Source of the DNA: Thermoplasmata archaeon | Lineage (GTDB): Archaea > Thermoplasmatota > E2 > JACPAO01 > JAHFTW01 | Direction of reading: 5' to 3' | Length of the DNA stretch: 64,000 nucleotides | Assembly: GCA_034667725.1 (NCBI GenBank) | Contig: JAXDQS010000001.1 | Location: 224,001-288,000 of the forward strand | In this document: in pieces, positions 18,637 to 28,071 of the stretch | Layout of the letters: the number at the start of each line of letters is the position of its first letter | How positions within the stretch are numbered: the first letter of the stretch is position 1 | Notes under the pieces: generated by a model | Seen by the model: the letters and a program-made list of their open reading frames with translations, nothing else | The model's database searches: none | Told to the model about the DNA's origin: nothing | Made by a program: the position numbers and the translations under genes

Positions 18637-18792
18637 TCACATCTTCAGGTGGCTCTTGCGCCAGGTGCGGCGCTTCGGGTGGCTGGTGAAGCGGCGCGCC
18701 GTCCGGATCGTGATCCAGGCCGGGACACGGCGGTTGCTTTTCTCCGCCCTCATGAGGCGGAGCTTCTTTCCGAGCGGCTTGCGGCTTCCCAT
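18637..18792 (-). CDS. rpl39e: 50S ribosomal protein L39e (not in the ORF track)
   Basis: MGSRKPLGKKLRLMRAEKSNRRVPAWITIRTARRFTSHPKRRTWRKSHLKM. Confidence 0.95.
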   Translation of the reverse strand: MGSRKPLGKKLRLMRAEKSNRRVPAWITIRTARRFTSHPKRRTWRKSHLKM

Positions 18793-18815
18793 TGTGGTTC
18801 ACTCCCCTTGCGGGG

Positions 18816-19166
18816 TCACTTGCGTGTGATGCTGATGTCGCGGTCCTTCGGCGTCAGTTGGGCGAGGACCTGGCGAAGGTCCACGTCCGACAGGCGCCGC
18901 GCGAGCCGGCCCTGCTGCGCCAGGGTCGCCAACTGGTTGGCGACCGCGGCAGCCAGGTCGGGCCTGCTCATGCGGATGCGGGTGAGGCGCTCGCGCGCCT
19001 CGGGCTCCAGGACCTGCTGCAGGAGGCGCTCCAACGCGGCCTCCTCGGCGGCGGCCCGACGGGCCTCCGCCTGGGCCTGCGCCGCCGGGTCCTGGGCGGC
19101 GGCGCGGGCCTGTTGCGCCTGGAGCTCGGCCAGCCGCCTGCGGCGGGCCGCTTCCAGGTCGTCCAT
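18816..19166 (-). CDS. PDCD5/TFAR19 family DNA-binding protein
   Basis: RRRRLAELQ, LEPEARERLTRIRMSRPDLA, DISITRK. Confidence 0.93.
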   Translation of the reverse strand: MDDLEAARRRRLAELQAQQARAAAQDPAAQAQAEARRAAAEEAALERLLQQVLEPEARERLTRIRMSRPDLAAAVANQLATLAQQGRLARRLSDVDLRQVLAQLTPKDRDISITRK

Positions 19167-19178
19167 TGCTGTGCTCCC

Positions 19179-19631
19179 CTAGTACTTCTCCAAAGCCGGG
19201 ATGTCCTTCTGGATCGTCTGCCGCACGGCGTGCGCGGCGTTGTCCATCAGGCTCCGGCCCTGGGCGGTCACGATGCGGCCCTTGGCCTGGACCGTCTGGA
19301 CCAGGCCCGCCTCCTCGAGCTGCTGCAGGGCCGTGCGGGCGATGGAGCCCGAGCCCTTCACAGCGCGGTTCGGCTTGTTGCCGCGGTCGCGGTACCCACC
19401 GAAGTGGGCCCGCAGCTTCTCGGTGCCGATGGGGCCTTCCGTGTACACCTTGCGGAGCACGGCGGCGACCCGCGTGTGCCACCAGTCGTCTTGGACGGGA
19501 GGCTTCTCCGTGTGGATGCCGGTCTTGACGAACGGCGCCCACTCCGGAGCCTCGATCTGCTTGACGTCCTGAAGGCGCTTGGAGGCCTCCGTGATCAAGG
19601 CAGTGGCAGGGACATCGAACGCGGTGGTCAT
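19179..19631 (-). CDS. rps19e: 30S ribosomal protein S19e
   Basis: PEWAPFVKTG, WWHTRVAAVLRKVY, GSGSIARTALQQLE. Confidence 0.97.
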   Translation of the reverse strand: MTTAFDVPATALITEASKRLQDVKQIEAPEWAPFVKTGIHTEKPPVQDDWWHTRVAAVLRKVYTEGPIGTEKLRAHFGGYRDRGNKPNRAVKGSGSIARTALQQLEEAGLVQTVQAKGRIVTAQGRSLMDNAAHAVRQTIQKDIPALEKY

Positions 19632-19675
19632 TCCAGTGACGCTCCCAGGGGTGCAGGCTGCGCCGAAGAAGGGGG

Positions 19676-19690
19676 GGTATAAACCTGTTT
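19676..19690 (-). promoter_or_regulatory. Probable TATA box of the S19e operon
   Basis: Minus strand AAACAGGTTTATACC about 45 bp upstream of the ATG. Confidence 0.5.
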
Positions 19691-19720
19691 GGGAGAGACA
19701 GGTCTGGAGGGCGTTGGAGA

Positions 19721-20167
19721 CTACCCCGCCTTCGCCACCGCCACCGTCCCGTCCGCCGTGGCGTTCACGGCGTCGCAGCCCATGAACAGCGTGGTGCCGT
19801 TGCCGTAGGTCTCGCCTTCGGCGGCGGTGCCTTCGGACATGCCGTCGCCGTCTTCGTCGTAGAGGACCGAGCAGCCGGCGGGGACGTCGATGGCGACCAC
19901 GATGCTGTCGCCGTCCAGGGTCACGAGGTCGCAGCCGGCGACGGTGGGGCCTTGGGCGCCGATGACGTAGCCGGGCTCGGAGGTGCAGGTGTGCTCGGTG
20001 GCGGCGGCGGACGCGCCGGGCTCGGCGGGAGCGTCGGTGGGGGGCGCGCCGTCGGTGCCGGTCGTGGGGGTCGTCCCAGTGGCGGTGTCGGTCGCATCGT
20101 CGGAGGAGGCGCAGCCGGAGGCCGCGAGGGCGAGGGCAAGCAGCAAGGCGGGCGTCAGGGGTTGCAT
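19721..20167 (-). CDS. Lipoprotein of unknown function
   Basis: AASGC lipobox, Thr/Ala-rich linker, four further Cys. Confidence 0.7.
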   Translation of the reverse strand: MQPLTPALLLALALAASGCASSDDATDTATGTTPTTGTDGAPPTDAPAEPGASAAATEHTCTSEPGYVIGAQGPTVAGCDLVTLDGDSIVVAIDVPAGCSVLYDEDGDGMSEGTAAEGETYGNGTTLFMGCDAVNATADGTVAVAKAG

Positions 20168-20228
20168 GGGAACCGGCCTTCCACGCGCCGGGTGGCTTGA
20201 TGAGCCTTGGTGGCGCGACGGCGAAACG

Positions 20229-21032
20229 TCAGACCAGCCCGAGCGCGATGAGCGGCCCCATCGCCAGCAGCAGGGCGCCCACGAGGATGCGGACGCCGGC
20301 GACGGTGGCGTGCGGGAGCAGGCGGGCGCCGAGGAACGCCCCCGCGAACGCCATCAATACGGCGCCGGCCAGCACGCCCCAGCCGCCCGCGGCCGTGATG
20401 GAGGCGGCGTCGCTGGCGTGCCGGCCCGAGTAGACGGCGAGGCGCGCGACGTCCACGAAGATAGCGCACATGACGCCGGTGGCGACGAAGGCGCGCGGCG
20501 ACAGTCCGAGCTTGGCGAGGAACACGCTGCGGAGGGCGCCCTGGTGGCCGGACAGGCCGCCGAAGAAGCCGGACAGCAGGCCGCCGGCAACGAGGTGCCG
20601 CTTGCCCGCTTGCAAGCGGCGCAGCGCGGGCACCAGGTCGAGGAGCGCGAACGCGACGACGAGGAGGCCGACGGTGAGGCCGATGGGCGTCACGGCGCGC
20701 GGGCCGCCGAGGTCGTACCGCCATGCCGGCCCGCCTTCGAGCAGCAGCAGGACGCCGGCGCCGGCGACCGCCGCGAGGGTGGCGGGAATCCCGAAGCGGA
20801 GCACGGTCGGCCCGTGGGCGGCGCGTCCCAGCAGCGCGCCCTTGGCGAGGTTGTTGGCGAGGTGGACGACGGCCGTCGCGGCGATTGCGACCTCGAGGGG
20901 GAACGCGAGCGCGAAGGCCGGCAGGAGCAGCGTGCCGAGGCCGAAGCCGGAGAACAGGGTCAGGAGGCTCGCAAGGAAGGCGACGGCGAGGATCGCCGCG
21001 ACCCGCCAGTCCAGCCCTTCCACGTGCGGCAA
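20229..21032 (-). CDS. TSUP (TauE/SafE) family transporter
   Basis: SGFGLGTLLLP and GFFGGLSGHQG motifs; multiple TM helices; start uncertain. Confidence 0.88.
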   Translation of the reverse strand: MPHVEGLDWRVAAILAVAFLASLLTLFSGFGLGTLLLPAFALAFPLEVAIAATAVVHLANNLAKGALLGRAAHGPTVLRFGIPATLAAVAGAGVLLLLEGGPAWRYDLGGPRAVTPIGLTVGLLVVAFALLDLVPALRRLQAGKRHLVAGGLLSGFFGGLSGHQGALRSVFLAKLGLSPRAFVATGVMCAIFVDVARLAVYSGRHASDAASITAAGGWGVLAGAVLMAFAGAFLGARLLPHATVAGVRILVGALLLAMGPLIALGLV

Positions 21033-21048
21033 GCGGGGGCGTGGCGCA

Positions 21049-21933
21049 TCAGGCTTGCCACACGCGGTCGAGGAACGCCGCGACGCGCGCCTCGTACTCG
21101 GCTTGGGCGTGCTCGTGCGCCTCGACGTGGCCGGCGCCTTCGACCTTCCACACGTCGGCGCGCTCGGCGCTGCGGTGCAGCTCGTCCACCTGGTCGGGCG
21201 TGACGGCGGTGTCCGCGGCGCCTTGCACCAGCAGGATGGGGCCGTGGTAGTCGACCAGCCACTCGACGGGGGCGTGGTTGCCGAGGTCGACGCCGATGCT
21301 CATGCCCGCGAACTGGACGGCGAGCGGGCCGAACGGCCATTTCGGGAGCCCCGTGAACTCGGAGATCGAGGTCTCGACGATGCGTTGCAGGCGGCTGAAG
21401 GCGCCGTCGGTCACGATGCCGTCGATGCGCGGGTCGAGGGCGGCGACGTGGATGGCGGTGGCGCCGCCCATGCTCCAGCCGAGCAGGACGACCGCGGGGT
21501 CGGCGTGGCCGGTCTTGTTCTCCAGCCAGTCGAGGGCGCCTTGGACGTCGGCCACCTCGTCCAGGCCGACGGTGGTGTGGTCGCCGCCGGATTGGCCGTG
21601 CGCGCGGAAGTCGAACGCCAGCACGTTGACGGAGTGGTTGTGCAGCGACGGGTAGAGCGGCAGCCCTTGGTCCTTGGCGTCGCCGTAGCCGTGCAGGAAC
21701 AGCACCGTCTGGTCCGTGGTCGCGTTCGCCGGCATCCACCAGCCCACCAGCGGGACGCCGTCGCGGGCGGTGAAGTTCGCCCAGGTCCAGGCCAGCCCCA
21801 TGTCCGTCGGCGTGCCGGCGCCGGTGTCGCGAGCCGGATGCAGGAGGTCTTGGCCCGCTTTCCAGGACACTGCCAGGACCGCGGCGAGCAGCAAGGCCAC
21901 GGCGGCCAGGAGGACCTTCCAGCGGCGCCTCAC
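21049..21933 (-). CDS. Alpha/beta hydrolase
   Basis: LHGY, FDFRAHGQSGG, GWSMGG nucleophile, D and GAGH triad. Confidence 0.9.
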   Translation of the reverse strand: MRRRWKVLLAAVALLLAAVLAVSWKAGQDLLHPARDTGAGTPTDMGLAWTWANFTARDGVPLVGWWMPANATTDQTVLFLHGYGDAKDQGLPLYPSLHNHSVNVLAFDFRAHGQSGGDHTTVGLDEVADVQGALDWLENKTGHADPAVVLLGWSMGGATAIHVAALDPRIDGIVTDGAFSRLQRIVETSISEFTGLPKWPFGPLAVQFAGMSIGVDLGNHAPVEWLVDYHGPILLVQGAADTAVTPDQVDELHRSAERADVWKVEGAGHVEAHEHAQAEYEARVAAFLDRVWQA

Positions 21934-21986
21934 GCCCTGGGGATGCGTCCAGCCGCGGAGGGCCTTTGCGCCCTGGGCAACCCGAA

Positions 21987-22262
21987 TCAGGCGCGCCAGA
22001 AGACCGCGGTGTGCCCGCGAATCTCCACCAGTTGCGCGTCGGCGCCGTCCGCGAGCTGCTGCGCCTGGGCCTCCGTCGTGGTGCCGCCCTCGGTCGCCGA
22101 GGGCAGCAGCCGGACCTTGACGAGCTTGTGCTTGTGCAGCTGCGCCTTCAGCTCCTTGACGACGGTGTCGTTGACGCCGAGCTTGCCGACGTGCAGCGAC
22201 ACCGCGAGCTGGTTGGCCTCCGCGCGCTTGGCGCGCAGCTGGTCGGGGTTCAGGCGGTTCAT
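21987..22262 (-). CDS. yhbY: YhbY/CRS1 RNA-binding protein
   Basis: VGKLGV, HKLVKVR, EIRGHTAVF. Confidence 0.9.
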   Translation of the reverse strand: MNRLNPDQLRAKRAEANQLAVSLHVGKLGVNDTVVKELKAQLHKHKLVKVRLLPSATEGGTTTEAQAQQLADGADAQLVEIRGHTAVFWRA

Positions 22263-22567
22263 GGCAAGGGTCTCCGGGCGACGTGGCCGCAGGCGAGGCA
22301 GGTCGTGGCGACGCGGCCCGCCCGCAGCCGGGTGCGGCTGGTGGCCACGCTGCGGAACGCGCCGCACGCCCGGCACAGCTGCGCCTTCTGGTGGCGGGCG
22401 AGGCCGGTCTGGTATTTCTGCGCGATGCGCAGCGCCAGGTCGACGTGGCGGTGCGGCAGCGGCGAGGCGGGATGCGCGAGGCGCTCGGCCCGCGCGGCCG
22501 CGAGCAGCAGGTCGATGCGGGCGGCGGCGACCGCGCGCTCCTCGCCCTTGTCGCGGCGCCGGGCCAT
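22259..22567 (-). CDS. rnp4: Ribonuclease P protein component 4 (Rpp21)
   Basis: AAARIDLL, CRAC...TCLACG..RRP Zn ribbon; adjacent to yhbY. Confidence 0.9.
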   Translation of the reverse strand: MARRRDKGEERAVAAARIDLLLAAARAERLAHPASPLPHRHVDLALRIAQKYQTGLARHQKAQLCRACGAFRSVATSRTRLRAGRVATTCLACGHVARRPLP

Positions 22568-22617
22568 GGGCGGCCGACCTGGGGCCGGCGTTAAGAGCGT
22601 GGCGTCGGTGCGGACGC

Positions 22618-23103
22618 ATGCGCATCCGGACGGGCCGGACGGGCGACCTGGGCTGGATGCTCCACCGCCAAGCGGTCGTGTACGCCGAGGAGTTCGGCTA
22701 CCATCCGGTGTTCGAGGCGTACGTGGCGCGCGGCATCCCGCCGTTCTTGGACCACTTCGACAAGGCGCGCGACGGCGTCTGGGTGGCGGAGGACCAGGCC
22801 GGGCAGCCGCTCGGGTTCATCGCAATCCAGCACGACAAGGAGCGCGAAGGCTGGGCCAAGCTGCGCTGGTTCCTGGTGGAGGCGGAGGCGCGCGGCATGG
22901 GGGCTGGGCGACGCCTCATGGACGAGGCGCTGGGCTTCGCGCGCAAGGCCGGCTACAAGGGCATCTACCTCTGGACGGTGGACGACCTCGCCGCCGCCCG
23001 CCGGGTGTACGAGCGCGCCGGCTTCCAGTTGGCGTACCAGGATCCGCATCCGTGCGCGTGGGCGCCGTGGGGGCACGAGCAGCGCTGGGAACTGGTGCTG
23101 TGA
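22618..23103 (+). CDS. GNAT family acetyltransferase
   Basis: LRWFLVE..ARGMGAG, LWT..L.AARRVYERAGF. Confidence 0.88.
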   Translation: MRIRTGRTGDLGWMLHRQAVVYAEEFGYHPVFEAYVARGIPPFLDHFDKARDGVWVAEDQAGQPLGFIAIQHDKEREGWAKLRWFLVEAEARGMGAGRRLMDEALGFARKAGYKGIYLWTVDDLAAARRVYERAGFQLAYQDPHPCAWAPWGHEQRWELVL

Positions 23104-23736
23104 GTGGAGCGCGCGGCCAATGCGTGGGACCGCTTCTACCGTTACCACGAGGCGCCGTGGCGGGGCGAGCGTGCCGTCGAGAACCTCCTCCCGCTCTTGG
23201 GGCCAGGCCCCGTGCTTGAGCTGGGGTCGGGCAACGGCAAGCTCCTGAAGCCCCTCGCCGCCGCCGGCGTCCGCGTCGTCGGCCTCGACGTCTCGTGGCA
23301 CATCCTGCGCCGCCTGCCCGGCGCCATCCCCGCCGTGCTCGCCGACGCCGCCAGCCTCCCGTTCGCCGACGCCGCGTTCACGGCGGTGCTGGACGTCCAC
23401 TGCACCGGCCACCTCCTGGCCGCCGGCCGCGCGCAGGCCGCCCGCGAAGCGTGGCGGGTGCTGCGGCCCGGCGGAATCCTCGTCGTCGAGCGCCTCACGC
23501 CCAACGACCTGCGCGCCGGCCAAGGCAGCCCCGTGCCCGGCGAGCCCGGCGTCCGCGCTTTACAAGACGGCCGCACGACCCACTTCGCCACGCCGGAGGC
23601 GTTGGCGGAGGGGTTCGTGGCGGCCGGGTTCACGCCGCTGGGCGCGGAGCTGGAGCGGCGGGAGCCGGGCCATCGCGGCCGCTTGGTCGTGCGGGAGTCG
23701 GTGCGGGCCGTGTTCGCGAAGCCGGCTGGTGCCTGA
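23104..23736 (+). CDS. Class I SAM-dependent methyltransferase
   Basis: VLELGSGNG, GLDVS, LPFADAAF, RVLRPGG. Confidence 0.88.
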   Translation: MERAANAWDRFYRYHEAPWRGERAVENLLPLLGPGPVLELGSGNGKLLKPLAAAGVRVVGLDVSWHILRRLPGAIPAVLADAASLPFADAAFTAVLDVHCTGHLLAAGRAQAAREAWRVLRPGGILVVERLTPNDLRAGQGSPVPGEPGVRALQDGRTTHFATPEALAEGFVAAGFTPLGAELERREPGHRGRLVVRESVRAVFAKPAGA

Positions 23737-24649
23737 AGCTGCCTTGCGACAACGGGATGCCGGCCCGTTCGAAGGCAACCTTGAGCGCCGCCTGGAGCCG
23801 GTCTTGCGACTGGGGGTCGTGGACGCGCGCGGCGAACTCCTCCAGCCCTGAGCCAGGGCCCGCGTGGGCGGCCATGCGGGCGTCGAGGACGGGCAGCACG
23901 CCTTCGAGGTAGCCCCACGGCGCCGTGTATGCCGACTGGATGCCGGTGGCGGCGAGGGCCTCGGCGACCTGGGTCGGCGTGATGCCTCCCGTGAGCGGGT
24001 ATGCGGGCGCGTGGTTGGCGAACGTCGTGAGGCCCGCGTCGGCCAGCGCGCGCAGCGTGTCGAGGCGGGCCTGGATGGGCGGGGCGCCGGGCTCCAGGAT
24101 GGCGCGCACCCGGTCGTCGAGGGTCGGCACCGACAGCCCGACCTCCAGGTCCGAGAAGCGCCGCAGCAGGTCCATGTCGCGCAGCACCAGCGGGCTCCGG
24201 GTGAGGACGCGCACCGGCCAGTCGGCGCGCAGCAGCAGCTCCAGGCAGGCCCGTGTGACCTTGTGCTCGCGCTCGACGGGCTGGTAGCAGTCCGTGGCCG
24301 TGCTGAGGTACACCCGGCGCGGCTCCTTGCTGGCCAGCTCGCGCCGCAGCAGGGTCGGCAGGTTGGTCTTGACCGCGACGAAGCTGCCCCAGCGCGTCCG
24401 GTCTGTCCGCATCGTGTCCGGGACGTAGCAGTAGCCGCAATCATGCAGGCAGCCGACGTACGGATTCAGCGACCAGCAGGGGAAGCCCATCGCGGCCTCG
24501 GTGAGCGCGGACTTCGCCTCGATCTCCTGGACTTGGCGCGACCCGTAGGCGGTGCGGCCCGCCCCCTTCTCCAAGGCGTCGATGCGCAGTTGGCCGAGCG
24601 GGCGGGCGCGGCGAAGCGTGGGATGCTGGCGGTCGTCGCGCGCCTCCAT
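23630..24649 (-). CDS. Radical SAM protein, spore photoproduct lyase-like (Rv2578c type)
   Basis: LNPYVGCLHDCGYCY, STATDCYQPVE, LTRSPLVLRD, LEPGAPP. Confidence 0.88.
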   Translation of the reverse strand: MEARDDRQHPTLRRARPLGQLRIDALEKGAGRTAYGSRQVQEIEAKSALTEAAMGFPCWSLNPYVGCLHDCGYCYVPDTMRTDRTRWGSFVAVKTNLPTLLRRELASKEPRRVYLSTATDCYQPVEREHKVTRACLELLLRADWPVRVLTRSPLVLRDMDLLRRFSDLEVGLSVPTLDDRVRAILEPGAPPIQARLDTLRALADAGLTTFANHAPAYPLTGGITPTQVAEALAATGIQSAYTAPWGYLEGVLPVLDARMAAHAGPGSGLEEFAARVHDPQSQDRLQAALKVAFERAGIPLSQGSFRHQPASRTRPAPTPARPSGRDGPAPAAPAPRPAA

Positions 24650-24719
24650 GGCGCCAAGGCATCCAAAGGCGGCTTCAGTCCGTCGCGGAGGCAAGTGAAG
24701 CCATTTCCGCGCGTCGCGG

Positions 24720-25694
24720 TTACTCGCTCGACGCCGTCGACCCCGTCGCGCGCCGCTTCGCGCCCGCCGCCACCGTCGCCTCGAACTGCAGCTTGGCCGG
24801 CCGGCGCGGCGCCTGCGCGCTCACGGCCACGACCTCGACCATGGCGCGCTCCTCGGGCCGCGCGTCCTTGGGGGCGATCACGATGACGGACAGCTCCTCC
24901 TCCTGGCCGCCATCGAGGTCGACCTGGGGCGTCGGCAGGAACGTCGCCCACCCTTCGGCCTTGCAGACGGCGCGCAGCACCACGGTGTCCTCGCGCTTGG
25001 TGATGTTGGAGACGGTGACCGGCAGCGCGACCCGGCCGCCGGGGGCGATGTCGAGGTGCGCGGCGGGGCTTGCGATGCGCACGGCGACGCGCCGGTTGGC
25101 GGCCAGGACGCTGGAGAGCACGACGACGGCGGCCAGCAAGCCCAGGAGCACGACCCAGAGGTAGGGGCCGGTCTGCTCGAGCAGGTTGCGCACCGCGGAG
25201 TCGTCGCGGGTGGCCCGCAGCGGGGCGGTGTCGGTGGCCTCGGGGTCCACGGCCGGCCCGACGCCGGGCACGACGCCCACGCCCGCGGGATACATGCGGG
25301 CCGTGACGTTGAGGTCGGCCACCGTCGCCTGGGCTTGCGCCGACACGCCCACCGTGACCCGCGCTTTCAGGGACTGGCCTGGATTGAGCACCAGCGTCGT
25401 CGGGTCGATGCTCGCGGTCCAGCCGTTGGTTTCGCCCACCACGTCCAGGACGACGGTGCGCGGCTGGTCGAGCGGCGTCCCGGTCGGAGTGCCGGTGTTC
25501 GTGACCGTGAGCTCGACGACCGCCGACTCGTCGAGGCTGACGGTGACCTGGGCGCGGTCCATGCGCACCTCCACGCCGGCCGACGCCGACCCGCCGGGGG
25601 GCGGCGGCAGCGGCGGGATCGGGGGCACCTGGGCGGCCGCCGAGTGCAGCACCAGCAGCACGGCCAAGGTCGCCAGGATCGCGCGCGGCCTCAT
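24720..25694 (-). CDS. Membrane protein with Ig-like (CARDB/NEW3-like) domains on both sides of a TM helix
   Basis: Signal peptide, LTVTNTG..GW..L.PG beta sandwich, central TM, second similar domain. Confidence 0.65.
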   Translation of the reverse strand: MRPRAILATLAVLLVLHSAAAQVPPIPPLPPPPGGSASAGVEVRMDRAQVTVSLDESAVVELTVTNTGTPTGTPLDQPRTVVLDVVGETNGWTASIDPTTLVLNPGQSLKARVTVGVSAQAQATVADLNVTARMYPAGVGVVPGVGPAVDPEATDTAPLRATRDDSAVRNLLEQTGPYLWVVLLGLLAAVVVLSSVLAANRRVAVRIASPAAHLDIAPGGRVALPVTVSNITKREDTVVLRAVCKAEGWATFLPTPQVDLDGGQEEELSVIVIAPKDARPEERAMVEVVAVSAQAPRRPAKLQFEATVAAGAKRRATGSTASSE

Positions 25695-25770
25695 GTTCGA
25701 GTGGCCGACGCGCTCGGCGGCTCATAGACTTGTGGCCTTGCGCCGGGACCCGAAGTCCAACGGCTGTCCG

Positions 25771-26337
25771 ATGCCCCTTTTCCCAGCCGGCCCAAATGCT
25801 CCGGACGTGCCGACCCCCGACAGGGCCAGCCTGCTGTTCTTGGCAGACGAGTCCCGCCGCATCGTCCGCCTCCAGTTCGAGGCCGGCAACGAGCTCGCAG
25901 GCAAGGCCGAGGCCATCGTGAAGTTCAATGGCCTGTTCTTTGGCCTGCTGCTGACCGCCTTGGGCCTGGCATCGAAATTCCGGCTGGCGGTGCCAGGCCT
26001 CGGGCCGTCTTGGCTGGGCTGGGCCGTCCTCGCCGCCGGGCCGGGGCTGCTGTTCGTCTCCATGCTGTGCGGTGTGTGGGCCTTCAAGTCCGTCGACTTC
26101 GAGATCGGCCTGTCCGAGCAGGGGATGCTCCAGGCGCTCCGCTTGCCGCTCAAGGAGCCCCAGATGCTGCGCAAAGCCGTCCAGGCTTACGCGAAAGGCA
26201 TCGAGGCCAACAAGGCGTCCATCAACAAGGTCGAGGTGCTGATTTCCGTCGGCCTGCTTGCCATGGCCTTGGGTGCTGCCTTGGTCCTCACAGGAGGCCT
26301 CATTACCTGGATTAGCAATGGAGGCTTGCATGACTAA
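25771..26337 (+). CDS. Three-TM membrane protein with weak Pycsar-effector-like pattern
   Basis: LAGKAEAIVKFNG before TM1; NK....K before the last TM. Confidence 0.55.
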   Translation: MPLFPAGPNAPDVPTPDRASLLFLADESRRIVRLQFEAGNELAGKAEAIVKFNGLFFGLLLTALGLASKFRLAVPGLGPSWLGWAVLAAGPGLLFVSMLCGVWAFKSVDFEIGLSEQGMLQALRLPLKEPQMLRKAVQAYAKGIEANKASINKVEVLISVGLLAMALGAALVLTGGLITWISNGGLHD

Positions 26338-26478
26338 GAACGCCTCCCCCGCCGGTTATAAAGGGCAAGCCCGCGACTCGGCCAAAATCAAGGAGTTCGC
26401 GTTCGGGATGTCCGTCATCCGCAAGGCCCAGCCCCGTCAGCCGCAGCCGGCGACCCAAGGCCGCAAGCCTGGATCCCG

Positions 26479-27213
26479 ATGACCCGCCTGCTCTACATGG
26501 ACGCCCTTGAGGCGTGCTACGCCCGCGCCTTCGAGGCGACCGTCATGGAGGCCAAGCCGGACGCCGTCATCCTCGACCAGAGCCTGTTCTATCCGCTGGG
26601 CGGCGGGCAGGAGTGGGACACGGGCACGCTCATGACCCCCGACGGCCGCACCGCGCGCGTCGTCGAGGTCACCAAGCGCGGCCCCGTCCGGCACACCATC
26701 GGGCTGGGGCATGGCCTCGTGGCGGGCGACAAGGTGGCGGGCGCCATCGACTGGGACCGGCGCTATGCCCACATGCGGATGCACACCGCGCAGCACCTCG
26801 TGTCGGGCCTTGCCTACGAGATGTTCGGCGGGCCGCGCACGGTCGGCAACCAAATCCACGCCGACCGCAGCCGCATCGACTTCAACCCCGTCAACTTCAC
26901 CAACGAGATGCTGCGGGACTTGGAGACGGCGGCCAACGACGCCATCCGCGCCCAGCACAAGGTGACGTTGGCGACCATGACGCGCGACCAGGTCCTGGCC
27001 GAGCAGCCGCCGGAGCGCACCAACATGGACCTCCTTCCAAAGTCCGTCACCGAGCTGCGGGTCATCCGCATCGGCGCCGACGTGGACCTGTGCCCGTGCG
27101 CCGGCACCCACGTCCAGAACACCAAGGAGATCGGCGAGGTGCGCATCGTGGCGCGGTCGTCGAAGGGGTCGGGGACGCAGCGCATCGAGTACGTGCTGGA
27201 GCAGCCTGCCTAG
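26479..27213 (+). CDS. alaXM: Alanyl-tRNA editing protein AlaX-M
   Basis: LDQSLFYPLGGGQ, MRMHTAQH, CPCAGTH. Confidence 0.93.
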   Translation: MTRLLYMDALEACYARAFEATVMEAKPDAVILDQSLFYPLGGGQEWDTGTLMTPDGRTARVVEVTKRGPVRHTIGLGHGLVAGDKVAGAIDWDRRYAHMRMHTAQHLVSGLAYEMFGGPRTVGNQIHADRSRIDFNPVNFTNEMLRDLETAANDAIRAQHKVTLATMTRDQVLAEQPPERTNMDLLPKSVTELRVIRIGADVDLCPCAGTHVQNTKEIGEVRIVARSSKGSGTQRIEYVLEQPA

Positions 27214-28007
27214 GCGGCCAGCTCGCCGCGCACCGTGGTCACCGCGAACCCGGCCAGCTCGACCCGGCCCCCCATCGGCTTGACCCAGAAGGTGCCGCCG
27301 CGCGCCGACACTTGCTTGCCCACCAGCTCCGCCTTGCCGAGCCGCTGCGCCCAGTAGGGTCCCAACGCGGTCTGGATCGAGCCGGTCACCGGGTCCTCGT
27401 CGATGCCGTACGCGGGCACGAAGTAGCGGCACACGTAGTCCACGCCGCCGGCGCCGGGGGCGGTCACGACGAAGCCATGCACGTCGCTGATGCGGGCCAA
27501 CGCCTGGAAGTCGGGGCGCACGGCCTGCACCGTCGCCTCGTCCGTCGCGACGACGACGTGGTCGAGGCGGTTGCGCAGCACCGGTGCCGGCTCGATCCGC
27601 AGCGCCTCCCACAACCCGACGGGCGCGGGGGCCGGCGCCGGCGGGTTGGCGGGGAAGTCCATGGCGATGCGGCCGGCCGGTCCTTGGCGGCAGGTCAGGC
27701 GGCCGCTGCGGGTGTCGAACCGCGCCGGCTCGCCGTGGCGCAGCATCTTCGTTTCCCAGAGCGCGTGGGCCGAGGCGAGGGTGGCGTGGCCGCACAGGTC
27801 GACTTCCTTGGTCGGGGTGAACCAGCGCAGCGCCCAGGCGTCGCCGGCGGGATGGACGAACGCCGTCTCGGAAAGGTTCAGCTCGCGCGCGACCAGGCGC
27901 ATCCACGGCTCGGGCGCGGGGCCGTCCAGGAGGCAGACGGCGGCCGGGTTGCCCCTGAACGGCTGGTCGGTGAAGGCGTCCACCGTCAGGATGGGAATGT
28001 GTGGCAC
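27210..28007 (-). CDS. PhzF family isomerase
   Basis: VDAFT..GNPAAV, LSETAF, EVDLCGHATLA, EDPVTGS. Confidence 0.93.
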   Translation of the reverse strand: MPHIPILTVDAFTDQPFRGNPAAVCLLDGPAPEPWMRLVARELNLSETAFVHPAGDAWALRWFTPTKEVDLCGHATLASAHALWETKMLRHGEPARFDTRSGRLTCRQGPAGRIAMDFPANPPAPAPAPVGLWEALRIEPAPVLRNRLDHVVVATDEATVQAVRPDFQALARISDVHGFVVTAPGAGGVDYVCRYFVPAYGIDEDPVTGSIQTALGPYWAQRLGKAELVGKQVSARGGTFWVKPMGGRVELAGFAVTTVRGELAA

Positions 28008-28071
28008 GAAATGCAGGAAAATGCGAACCAGGTTAAGCGTTAGGGCCGAAAACCTGAACTGGGTTCAATTT

